From: Asterias rubens
Lineage: Eukaryota
Assembly (NCBI RefSeq): GCF_902459465.1
Contig: NC_047067.1
Location: 19,592,001-19,656,000, forward strand
Reading direction: 5' to 3'
Length of the DNA stretch: 64,000 nt
The first letter of the stretch is position 1, and every line of letters begins with the position of its first letter. Shown here one piece after another: positions 1 to 11,330 of the stretch. The translations under genes and the position numbers were made by a program. Below the pieces are notes generated by a model that was not told where the DNA came from, made no database searches, and worked only from the letters and a program-made list of their open reading frames with translations.

Positions 1-55
1 GCAGCGCTTTAATGAGCGGAGCTCTCCTATTACCCGTTTGGTATGAGTCACTTAC

Positions 56-460
56 CTCTCTCGCTTAATCCTTCCAAAGTCTTCCCTCAATATTTTGACT
101 TCTCAGCAGGATATCTATCTACGAGGTAAATGCTGTCCCAGGGATGGTTGTTTGTCTTAGATGGTTCATAAAATCCTGTTCGGTGTCCTGGCTTGTGGCA
201 ATAATAAACCATGGGATGGATTTGATCCCGAAGTGATGAATGAGAAATTGTGGGATGTTTGATGAGGAGACATCAATCTGGGAGAGGTCCAAGATGAGTC
301 GGGATCGAAGCTCGCGAGGAGTTTCCCAAGAAATCAGTCTGAGCTTTGCACCACCGCGAGCTAGGTGTGTTCGCCGGGCTGGCACACACTTCACACCCGT
401 GTTCAGCATATCGGCTTTAACCCGTAATTCAGAAAAAGCCAAACACACAATCCACTAATC
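56..460 (-). other. Candidate non-coding leader exon of a gene lying left of the window
   Basis: Strong minus-strand donor GAG|GTAAGT at 56/55. CpG-rich sequence upstream (about 250-900). No frame stays open to the donor. The 5' boundary is a guess. Confidence 0.3.
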
Positions 461-957
461 CCTAGTATTGTCATCCTGGCATGATTGACTAATAGTTTTA
501 TTCAGTCTGTTAACATCCAGGGAAAATGTGATTGTGTCATCGGCTTTTTAACTTTTGAACCCTTTTGGAGTACCGCGCGCGGCGTGGTGTCGCTGACTTC
601 TACCGAGGACTGTGAGTGTTGTGTCCCGGTAGGATTAAGACTTTTGTACCCATTGAGATTCGTCTGATAGTTGAGGGGCTTCCGTACACAGCTCCGGGGT
701 AAACAAGGCTGGGGTTCCCTAATAAACGAAACGTTAATTAACATCCGAGGACGATGTAGGGATTCCCACCCCATGCAGGGCAAGTTGTCAGGATGCTTCA
801 TCAAGCGATACTACGGACTGTGCAAGTCTCGCGTGATTTGATGTTTTATAATCGTGAAAACTCACAAGGTTCCCCAAAGGCTCCTTAAATTTAAATTACC
901 CGCGTGATTTGAGCAGTCTATTTTTTGCCAGTTTACCATCACCCAATTACAAGTATG

Positions 958-1120
958 TAAGCATAAAACTTGCCAAGCACAGAAAAATCTTGCCCAGCAG
1001 CTGGTAGCCAAAATACATGAAAGTTTACACTGTTACACCTGGTGCCCCACTTATTTCTTGCTAAGCATAGCAATTTGATAAGCAGTATATTTTGCTTAGC
1101 AGCATTATGAAATTGGGCTC
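958..1120. mobile_element. Non-autonomous MITE, family A (PIF/Harbinger-like), degenerate
   Basis: Ends in gcagcattatgaaattgggc. Homologous to copies at about 21620-21750, 24917-25080, 43680-43880 and 58979-59157. Confidence 0.5.
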
Positions 1121-1448
1121 AGGTCTTTCAAGACCATCCGAGAGCTTACGGAGAAAAGAAATGCAGTTCGTGATTGAAAATGCATAGTGGGCTTGGCGTA
1201 GGGGGTTTCCCGAAGTGACTTAATTAAATTCAGGTCCGTTCTTGTCGTGTTTTTTCACTCCACGATCTACCTAAGAAACTAACAACTCAAAAATCCTGTT
1301 GATACCGTCATATTGACTTTTTGTTTAAAATAAATGTGTGTGTAAAGACCATGTCCACTCCAAAGCATTTTCTGGCAGGCAAGACATTACACTAACTTGT
1401 AACATGGGGAAACAGAACAACGATATTGACTAAAAGCAGACCTAGATA

Positions 1449-1580
1449 GTAGTTTAGTGCCGACACTTCGGGGTCTCAGGTTCAAATCCCGATATTGCCA
1501 ATGTTTCGCTGTTGACCCCAAAATTTAATTAAAAATATGACCCAGTCAGTTTCCCTTGTGGTTTATTACTTGATATTATT
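1449..1580 (+). mobile_element. tRNA-derived SINE fragment
   Basis: B-box-like ggttcaaatccc followed by a tail (ccagtcagtttcccttgtggtttatt) shared with the copy at about 24165-24270. Confidence 0.4.
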
Positions 1581-2616
1581 CGCGTTTAGTGAAAGTCAAT
1601 ATTAACTGCACCCACACACGGTAAAAGGTAATTGTAACTGACACTAAAAGATGTTGTAAGCAAGAATTTAGTTCAATTATTGTGGACAAGCACAGTTAAC
1701 ATCATTACAACAAATACATAATCGATTCATGATTAATATTGTATTAGGTTCTGCTTTGAATGCCTTGTGTTTGGTGCACAAACTTTAATACCATTCCTTC
1801 CGTGCATTTGACAATTTCTCTGTTACTTGAATGTGTAAAGTAAACCACTGGTTGCTTTGGCAAGTTTGTGTGCAAATAAGGTACATCTACACATCATTTT
1901 GGTTAGTCTTTTGGCGTGTCGTTCTTTTGATATCTCAGAGAAGCGCCCTCTTTTGTTAGCATCTAGAGAGTCTCGAACTGGATGGACTAGTTTTCTTTTG
2001 GTCATGAGGTTGCTGGGCATCATCTTCGGTCCACATACCCAGGGAGCAGCATAATCAAATGTGCAGTCTAGTCTGGCAGTGTATAGTCTATGGTTGTAAT
2101 TGTTGTTTTGTTTTTTTGTTTTTTTTATGCCTAAATTGTTTTTTACTTGCGAGTGGCACGCTTACACAAAGAGCGCCCTCATTAGTTTCTTGACACCATT
2201 ACCACAAAACTTGTTGCCGAAACCAGACTCATTTTGTTAAACTAAACTCTTAAACTTAACAATTACTTCTACATAATAATATCATTTCAGATAAAATAGT
2301 ATACTTTTACAGTTACACAATATCAAGACAACGTTCACAACATTACGTAATTTTTACGATTAACATATTATCAGAAAAAATATAAGCATCTTTTTTTGTC
2401 CGTGAATTTACATATTTTTCTTGTAATGCTCTCACCTTTAATATCATAACCGATTAGATTCTTTACATTTTAATGTCGATTACAAATTTATTACGTAATA
2501 ATGTACTTTAATCAAAAATCTAAAACATTAATCAAAATAGATAGGCTATGTAAATTCAAACACTGTTTAGAGTACCACAATATTGCACAGTAAAACTTCA
2601 TTACATTTTAAGTACA

Positions 2617-2884
2617 CACTGAAAACTCCCGGATCAGAATTGACTCTCGGATCAGAATTTACCCGAGTCAGAATTGACCCAATTCAGAACCGACACGATT
2701 CAGAATCGACCCGATTCATATTAGACTCGGATCTGGGTCTTGTGAGGCCTGACCATTTCTGGGTCAGTATTACCCATAACTTGTGTCAAAATGTCATAGA
2801 AATTGGTCAATCTGACCCAAAATTGGATCAAGCCCCTTAAGACCAGGAATCCATGTCAATTCTGACTGGGGATTTTTTAGGGTG
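2617..2884. mobile_element. MITE with CACT-type imperfect TIRs and an internal ~17-bp tandem unit (ggatcagaattgacccg)
   Basis: Starts CACTGAAAACTCCC..TCAGAATTGAC and ends GTCAATTCTGA..GGGATTTTTTAGGGTG. Related sequence at about 6650-6850 and 41180-41260. Confidence 0.5.
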
Positions 2885-3787
2885 TTTTAATAAGCAAAGT
2901 TTGTGCCCAGGGTGAGCAACATCAAGTTTGCAATGTCCAAACTAATACACAAGGATGAGGTTGGGACCCGTGAGTTTTTAGAGTGATAACCCTTCATGAG
3001 ATGTGGACGGATTTAGCTGCGTGTGGATGAACGTTTCTGAACAAGACACTTTGGAACACTAGGTGGAAGCAGACTTACCAAGTAAACTTACATCGTTTAC
3101 ATAGTTATGAGAGTGCGCACTGAGAACAAAAGATTTATCTGGTTGTCATGCCACCTAGCTTCCCAAAAGTCCCACATTGGTGGCTATGGCCAGAGTCCAG
3201 TTCGGACACTATCACCCAAAACGTGCACGTTAGAACTCCCGCAGACTCCGTGTCCCGTAAACTGCAATGTACATGCACTTACTGTCGAGTATATTACGTA
3301 GAGCAATTACGTACTACGTAGAGCAATTACGTATATTACGTAGAGCAATTGACATGTTCGATATTGAACGCTAGGTGGCAGCAAACAAACCAGATATGTC
3401 TGATAAGTCTGCTGCCACCGTCGGCGAATGTCGCCAATTGAAGATTTGTTGAACACATAACTTTAGAAACAAACTGTTTTAGACAGTAAGCATTGCGTTT
3501 CCAATGGTGATACATGAAGTCAATTAATGAGATTCAAAAAGTTATAATATCAATGTTGGTGATTCTTTTAAAGATCGGCAGTGGATTTAATTAAGTTGAA
3601 ACAAAATTGAATTATAAACGAATAAACACAAACAAGTATTATTTATCAGCTGATTCGTTTGAACATTGTTGTTCACTCTTATCACAACTGGACAAAATTG
3701 AACTATCATGACCCCTTTTAGGTTATAATTATAACCACGTTAGAGGGCGCTGTACTTTCATATAAATTCCTCTTGTACTATTATTCG

Positions 3788-4021
3788 TCAATGTTGAAGT
3801 CCCTTGGCGAGTTTAACTGCAAGGTTGTATAGCGCCGCTAGTGTTGGGTGGTTGTCAGGTTGGGATCCCCCTCGGTGTGAATTGTACCCAGTAAGGGGCG
3901 CCACCGCTCGATAGCTTTCTCTTTCAGTGTCTCGCTTCTCGTCTACAGTGTAGCGGTTGTACAGAAAGTTACGGAATGGTCTGGTATCGACTCGACCTAA
4001 AACACTCCTTGCAGTAGGTTC
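3788..4021 (-). CDS. IGF: IGF-type precursor, last coding exon (EPTARSVLG...KLAKGLQH*)
   Basis: Acceptor ttgtttacacAG|GAA, phase 0, matching the phase-0 donor at 4839. Open to the stop at 3788. Confidence 0.8.
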   Translation of the reverse strand, partial: EPTARSVLGRVDTRPFRNFLYNRYTVDEKRDTERESYRAVAPLTGYNSHRGGSQPDNHPTLAALYNLAVKLAKGLQH

Positions 4022-4399
4022 CTGTGTAAACAAGTACGATTTAGAACACGTGGTAAATACTACGCAAGATGGCGTGTTAAAATTTGGTTTTGGAAAATGT
4101 GTCTTCTGGTGTTCCCATAAGGTGTAAATGGTCGCTGAAGGAAGTTGAGTCAAGGGCTCTACATAGCCATATTTATATGGGGCGGAATCGTCTGTGCATA
4201 TAAAACCTTCTGTGATACTTGTAGCTGTGATGTTCTTTGGATGATTCAAGAAGAATCGTATTTCACTCTAAATCAGCTTTGCCAGCTATATTTATGTTTA
4301 TTGACTCATGCCGAGAAAAGATATTATCAGGGTCATAACAGTTTGGGAAAAAATATCTTTCAATCAGGCAGGGTTTTTTTTTCATTTAAACCAACTGAC

Positions 4400-4439
4400 T
4401 GTGTTGTGTTGTGTTGTGTTGTGTTGTGTTGTATTGTGT
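4400..4439. repeat. (GTGTT)n microsatellite in the IGF intron
   Basis: Six perfect pentamers plus two variants. Confidence 0.9.
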
Positions 4440-4838
4440 CGAATTAACTGTTTTATATACCGTGTAATGCTTTGTTCAGAAAACGTTTTTCCAATTTAGG
4501 TGAATTACACGACTTTGAATCTTAAACAAACTAGCGAATTTTCTGAATTCAAGACTAATTTGTATAAACTGGCAGTAGTTATTAAAAAGCAACTATGTAC
4601 TTTTGTTTACTTCCTTATGATATGGCGAGTATAGGCCGTACGTGTCCGTACGAAATGGACCCTGGACCGCGCCTATTGATTCTGCAATATCGGGGGTCAA
4701 AATGTACACAAACGATTTGACTCTCAAAATGGCGAAAACGGAAGACGTGGAACGGATCAATAGAAACAAGTCTCTCTTTTGCTGTTTTTTCAACTAACAC
4801 ATCTTTTCTTCGTCTAATCATTTTGATCAACGACTTAC

Positions 4839-5497
4839 CTTTACTGGGTGCGATGTATCAAGCCCCTCCCATCTCTTGCTTCTCTCCCGGCCATCCCTCT
4901 GCTTCTTCGATCGGGAGCTTTTTCCACGACTCCGACGAGAAGACCGTCCCCCTTCCCTGCTCCCGCTTCTCTTCTTGTTTTTCCCTTCCGATTTTCCACC
5001 TTTGTTCTTGCTCTCTTTCGATCTCCTTCCCTCGACCTTTCTCCTCTTTTTCGTCGGGACTGGAACTGGGAAAGATTCTTCAACGTCCTCTGGTTCTCGT
5101 ATATCTGTGTCTTCAGCGTCTTCTTCGGGTAGAGTTTGCATGTTCTGTTCCTCATCTTGTTCGATTTCCTGTTCTTGCGTCTCGATGTCATCGATAAGAT
5201 CTTCCTCGCGCTGTATGACCGAGTTGGCTTCTTCCACGTCCACAACATCCGGGTTGTACATGTAGTCCACGTCCGCAGATTTATCTTCCCGTACCCTGCC
5301 CGGTGCGACGGGAGATAGAGGCGGGTCTCGCGACTCTATCGCCACGGGCCAAGGGTTACAGTAACTCTCCACGATGTCGAAGCTACATATTCTGTCGCAG
5401 CACTCCGTGGCGATTCTACCCGTCCGCCGTCGCTGCCTCGAGCCGATGCGGGAACCAAGGAAGCTCTTAGCCGCTCGTTCATTCTGGAAAACCTCAA
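4839..5497 (-). CDS. IGF: IGF-type precursor, second coding exon: C domain, A chain (GRIATECCDRICSFDIVESYCN), acidic then basic tail
   Basis: Insulin A-chain CC-x3-C-x8-C pattern. Acceptor ttgtcttcttcAG (phase 1). Donor AAG|GTAAGT (phase 0). Confidence 0.93.
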
Positions 5498-6902
5498 CTG
5501 AAGAAGACAAAATTCCTTTAAGTTAAAAATGAAATGTTCTGACGGTCAAGGTCGTTGTGGTGTCGTGATATCAAAAGAAACCTAATGACTAAGCTTTTGA
5601 ATTGGTTGTTTGTTTTAGAATGGCTCGGCCAAGTGGTATTACTGCATGCATGCAAGCAATGATAAGATCCAATTTAAACCCACACACAGTATTGTTCGCC
5701 AAAAAATCAACTAAATCTTGAGACAGCGGTTCCAACTAAAGGGAGGTACAACGCTTACAGTCACTTTCCTGTTTATGGATTTGAGCCTTAAATATAGGCA
5801 GCATATAAGCCGGCTTGTGGTGCCGATGTCAAAATGGGTCAGTTCCCCCTTCCATTCATTACGACGCCCTCCTTTGTAATGATCTTGTACACAAAGTTCA
5901 TTATGTCCATGTCACTTAAAGGCGGGCACCGTTCCTTATCAGTTATTAACTGGGAACTTGTTCCGGAAGTTTGCAATTGGGCGTGCGTACGCGAATGGGG
6001 CCTCGTTGCTTCAGCCAGGGCGCCACGTTGGGGGCGTTGCAATAACACAAAGCCAGGTGCGCAGATATGATTTTTTTAAGGAGGTCGTGTCGTGCTTCTC
6101 TTGGTTTACCAAACTGTTCACAGCAATGTGACAAGGGGGCCTCACTCGCTGACGACGACAACAACAGCCGGGTTGATTGGGGGTGCCCTAGTCAGCAGAC
6201 GTAGCGGCCACTGCCCGCCTGCTCTGATTACATGCTCGTACAATGAAGGCTTGGGGCACTGCGATGCCCGGGACTGCGCCCCCATGTCTCGCGTTAATGA
6301 TACGGGGCTTAACTCGCAGATTCAATCTAAGAAATCTGGATATTTATTTCATCACAAAGATGCGCCTTCGTGAGCAGCATCATCACACTGCAAAAACCGG
6401 GTTGTTTAAACAACAATCACAATGGTATTAATTTAGCAAACAAACATGATTCTCTCTTTCAGTGTAACACCCATGGTGTCAATTTTAACGCCAGTTTTTG
6501 CAAGGTTTTGTAATCGAGATTTATGTTTCAATGGATCTATCGCATTATTAGCACTATAATAGCATTGTATAGACTCAATGTTCAGTGATTCTTTAGTAAG
6601 GTAAGATCAAAACTAGTCTTTGATTTGAAATCCAAGTTATTAATCATACTTTCCGGGGTCAGCCTGACCCAATAGCTGGTCAGGGCCCTGTGGACCCGGA
6701 ATCCAGGTCAATTCTGACCAGTTTGTTAAGTGTCAGCCCAACGTGCATGTTTGAGTGCTGAAAGGTCTTTGCCTTTTTAACCACCTTCCAGGTCAGCCTG
6801 ACCCACAAATGGGTTAGGCACCTAGGCTCAGAATCTGGGTCAATTTGTCTTTTTCACCACCCACCCCCACCCATAATTAGCAAAATAATTGATTGGACAT
6901 AC

Positions 6903-7056
6903 CATCTCGTTTTGAATCTCTATGGCTGTAGAAACCTCGTGTACTGCAAACTAGAGACACTGTCTCCACCAGTTGCTCTCCGCAGATCTTCGGCCATGCC
7001 GTGATTGGTAGAACCAAGGCAACGAAAATGACGTCAAGTAGGAGAAGCGCCCTCAT
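6903..7056 (-). CDS. IGF: IGF-type precursor, first coding exon: signal peptide plus B chain (KICGEQLVETVSLVCSTRGFY)
   Basis: ATG at 7056, hydrophobic signal peptide, B-chain CG-x10-C-x3-GF motif. Acceptor at 7075 implies an upstream UTR exon. The phase-1 donor G|GTATGT is at the conserved insulin-family intron position. Confidence 0.93.
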
Positions 7057-7927
7057 TGTCGATGTGTTTCTGAACTGTGCAAAAAAAAAGATGAAATGGG
7101 ACGAAACCATTACTAATAATAACAGGTTCTTATAAAGCGCTTTATTACATCCCTAATAGAGGCGTATCAAAGTGCTCAGTGTTTTGTCCTGCAAGGTATG
7201 TGGAGCTACGTTTTGATGTATTCCTGTGGCGCAATATGCTGCCAATCAGACCACCAGGAACCATTAGTTTGTATCTGCCATACCATTAGACTGGTACCTG
7301 TCTTCATTCGATACAACGATTTCATTGGATAAACGTGCAGTGACGTAAGCTTTCTATCTCGGTGTTTTGATTGGTCCGAGGTGACGTTTGGCAGCTGTAC
7401 TTGCGGTCCTCTGCATATGAATCTAGGTGAAAGGTGATTATGGACGGGGATTGGACCTATGAGGCCACTTTCTGGCATTATTCATGAGCCCAAGAGTGTG
7501 ACGTCAGATTGTTCAGGCTATTACACTATCTACTTTTACTGGTGTAGGGACATTGGAATAAACTTTCTTGCAGAGTTTGCACATTTTAAGTAATTACAAA
7601 TTGATAAAACCTCAATGTGTTTGCGAAAAACACATCGTGTTCTGAAAAAGCGAAACTTTATTGCAGATTTTTCGAGTCAATATGCTAGTTTCAAATTTCG
7701 AAGATGCAATTATGACCAAGTAATAATAAGTAGTCTGTAATTGTTGCCTTTTCCAACGAACAAAAAACAAGTTTCGTGATCTCAATAGTCTCAAGATCTA
7801 CGGCTTTGGTTAGGCGTTTGTCTAGCAATATCCACTGTTGAAGCCGTAGCCATTAACTAGGTATCGACTTAACATGAAAATCGAAGTCATGCCAATTTGT
7901 TTGTATTTCGCATGACGAGTCACTTAC

Positions 7928-8420
7928 AGTACGTTTCACCTCCGACGACTGTTTAATGCACCTCATTTCTACCACTGTGTGAAACCACGCCGATTTTTAA
8001 TAGCCCTTCCGATTTGTAGGTTTTTGTCGGTATTAATGGGGCTTTCCCACAGTGCCAAAATTTCCCTCCTCCTCCCCCCTGCCCGGGCACTCGGGCAACA
8101 ACTTGCCGCAAGAGTCGGCAAGCTTCCTTTGTCACCCCGCCGTCGTCGATTCGTGCCTTAATAGCCCGCGTCGCGCCCATGTAATTTTCACCGCGAGAGG
8201 CCGGGCGTGTTTACATCATTTCACCGGGGCGGGAAGCACCATTTACTACCGGCTCACGCGCCCCTGTCGTTTGGGCTAATTTCTGGACAAATAGACCCAC
8301 CAGGAGGCCGGGCTTCGACGTCCTCCTTTGAAGACTGAGTCGGAAGATTTCTTGGGTTGTGCTTTTTGTGGGACTTTCTTCTCTCTTAAGTGAACGGTTC
8401 CGCTGATGCTTACGGTTGAG
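7928..8420 (-). promoter_or_regulatory. Probable IGF leader exon and CpG-rich promoter region
   Basis: Donor ACT|GTAAGT at 7928/7927 upstream of the 7075 acceptor. CpG/GC-rich 7950-8340. A second donor-like site at about 8413. TSS not determinable. Confidence 0.5.
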
Positions 8421-8949
8421 GAATTATCATGGTTAGGAAAAAAATGTAGGTGCGGTTTTGCGGTGTATTGACTTATCGTGACATTTTGATTATTACAACA
8501 TCAATTTGTGCAAGGTGTGTACCGATTACATTCACATAAATGACCTTTTGGAAATACTTCCGGTAAAAGTGTTGAAATGAAAAAGTAATGCAACTCGTGA
8601 TTTGTGAAAGATATTGCATCATGGATTGTGGTGTCTTGGCCCAAATTCAGAGAGTGGCTCAAACAGGAAATGTCACAATTTCTTCTTTAGAAAAGAAATG
8701 AACAATATACAGTCACAGATAGAAGTGATAAACAATAAATAGAATTTAAGATTTGATAGGTTCTCTTGGTTGGATACAGAAAGGACCGTGGAATGTGTTG
8801 CTGAAGAAAAAGTTTATGGCCTTTAACTGGTGTTTGGCTGTATTGATTCGATTTTTTCCCCGGCTTATTTCTTACAAAAAATCACGAATATTCCCCTTAA
8901 TCCACTCAAACTAAAAAAATGCATTCAATTTCTTTTTCTTGCAAACATG

Positions 8950-10480
8950 ATTTCTCCTCATTCAAATTCGTTTCAGTTAATGTATTGTAGGCATTCAAAG
9001 CTACACTTGGAATTTCTGCTACCTATTTACAATTGATTTAAACCATTAACCTATTTACTGATGAGTTTGAATGGTTGACCAGTTATCGAACGAAATTGGA
9101 CAAATATTGTACGGCCCAGTAACAATAACATTGAATTGCATAAAAGCTAAACTTGTAAATTGAATTACTCTTTTTAACTGTTGAATGCTGATTCAAAACT
9201 GTTGGTTTTAGATCAAAGAAAAAGACGCAAGCCCACTCAGTATATAAGGCCTTTTGATTTGAAGATAGTTTAATGGTGCCAAACATCCTACCTGGCTGCC
9301 CTGCCCAACTTGTCACATTCCAGTTAAGCGTTAAATGCTTGTGAAAACCTCTAAATGACGCATACGTATGATCCATTTCCACGTATCACACTCAATCAAA
9401 TAAGCGATATATTCAAGGGCTGCTATTTTTGTTCACATATTAGAAAACTTATAATGTGGTCCACCATACTCAACAGTGCAATGTTAGTGTGAAGTTATAG
9501 TTGTTGATAGCTTGTTGAGATTTGGGTTAATTTGTGATGTCATGGGAAATCTTAAAGGGGCACATCAGAACACTCTGGGAGGGCGTGAGCATTTTATGCT
9601 CCACCGATTTTCACTAATCGGGAGTTTTTGCCATGCACACAAAAATAAAGCATACATTTTCACGAAATATAATAAAAAGCATATAGTAGGCGTTGACGTT
9701 GTAAAATGGTGTTTCGTAAATGAGACATAACTGTGTATACCAAGTTCGATATTTGGCTGATCCTCCACAAAATGTTCCCTTTCTTTAAGGGGGCACATTG
9801 CATTCGGACTTGGCACTTGGGCTATGAACATTTTAAGTTTTAAAGGATAATTGCTTGTAGATAGGCTTTGTGATATAACAAACATTTGTTATATGGAATT
9901 AACACGGTTGTAGCGATGTAGAAGTAGAATAAATTGATCCACACAAAATATAAGCCTCGAAATTTTGTTGTCCTTTTACTTTGTGAACCAACACAGTCCG
10001 CCAACAAAATGTTGATTCCACAAAAATGGCAGACTGCATGTTCCGCAGATTGTATTTCAAAAGGCAAATGTATTGTTATTTTAATCATTACTCACTTACT
10101 ATTACAAATTATATATAGATTGTGCTTTTTGTGCAAGAACAACTCTACAAAAAAAATATGTAAAACAAAAAGAAATTGAAAAAGGAGAAGGAGCAAATTC
10201 CAAAAGGCAATATTTTGAGAGATTTTAAGGCAATGTGTCGCTATGTTCACAAGAAAGCCCCGAATTATCTTTAGAATTCCCGAGATGCCCAGAACACAAA
10301 GAAGACACAACTATGGAAAAGGATACACAATGCCACTAACGATTGCCAAAAAGCAACTGCGAAAAGACACAAATATAAATACGGATGGTTTCCATTCCTT
10401 ATTTGAGATGTAAACTGTTTGCACAACCGTCATGGACCATCAATATATCCAAGCCTTCCAAATGCTAGAATTGTGATGAT
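8950..10480 (+). mobile_element. Highly degenerate LINE (CR1/L2-like) ORF2 remnants
   Basis: Frameshifted motif echoes in the expected order: KPLTYL, RPVTI, GFR, KAF(D), and near 10250-10400 KAPNYL..HNYG. Many stops and deletions. Confidence 0.4.
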
Positions 10481-10933
10481 TGTTGTCATTAAAAACTCCA
10501 TTGATATTCTCTATAAACAAATATGAACAAACATCAGTTGTGACCCAATCTTGGTTGGTGCGGGATGAAAACGAGAGGGTGGGTGTTTGATGGATTGCTC
10601 ACTAGCCGTCCGCCCACACGCTCAAGAACAAAAAAACAATATTGCGGAAGTTTTACTTCTTCTTTATTTCTTATTCAGATAATCAGACTTTGAAATACTC
10701 GAACAAAAGAGTCTTGAAGGCAAGGTGGTGCGGGGGAGTTGCAGTTTTATTGGAGTTGACACGTTGGGTTGATAGAAGGCTGGACGCGAATACAATAATT
10801 GTTATAGATTATAAAGACAAAACATACATTGGTTATTATACGTGTCTGTTTGAACGGCGATTTCTAGTCGTTCTTAATAGACCATGATAGACATAAGAGT
10901 ATAATTAAAACTCAGCGGGTAGAGACTTCTTAA

Positions 10934-11330
10934 AGGCACTGGGTCGGATTTCACAAAAAGTTAGGACTAGTCTTATCTTGGGACTAACCATGCAATTTGT
11001 ATATCTCCTAGGACTAGTCCTTAGTTAGGACTAGTCCTTACTCTTTGTGAAATCGACCCCTGGGCACGTTTGGTAGTAACTCAAATCTAGCATTGGTATA
11101 TGAGTAAGGGAGAGCTGTTGATAAATCACTGTGAGAAACGGCTGCCTCTAAAGTAACATAGTTTTTTAGAAAGAGGTAATTTCTCAATAAAATATTTGAA
11201 TCTTCTGGGGCATCTGAGACCTCACAAATTTGTGCAACAAGGTTGTTTTTTTTTTCATTATTTGTTTGCAACTTCGGTCACCAATTGAGCCCAAATGTAC
11301 ACAGATTTCAATTTCAAACGTGTTAGTGCC
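10934..11330. mobile_element. Kolobok-type MITE interrupted by a Harbinger-like MITE (family B, 10941-11061)
   Basis: ttaaAGGCACTGG...AGTGCCTttaa ends. The internal palindromic GGGTCG(G)ATTTCACAAA...TTTGTGAAATCGACCC element matches the one at 59158-59312. Confidence 0.7.

Noticed and set aside
119-448. 109-aa minus-strand ORF
   Set aside because: No recognisable motif, and it does not stay open to the donor at 56. Better explained as UTR.
1823-2080. Minus-strand CCSLG..TEDD string resembling an insulin A chain; also a faint LINE C-terminus resemblance
   Set aside because: A stop lies two codons upstream, the third and fourth cysteines are absent, and there is no acceptor. Too degenerate to call either way.
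2583-2840. 85-aa ORF
   Set aside because: It is simply the translation of the 17-bp tandem unit of a MITE.
4823-5318. Several plus-strand and alternative-frame ORFs over IGF exon 2
   Set aside because: Shadow ORFs caused by purine-rich low-complexity coding on the minus strand. The same applies to those over 34-38 kb and 57.6-62.6 kb.
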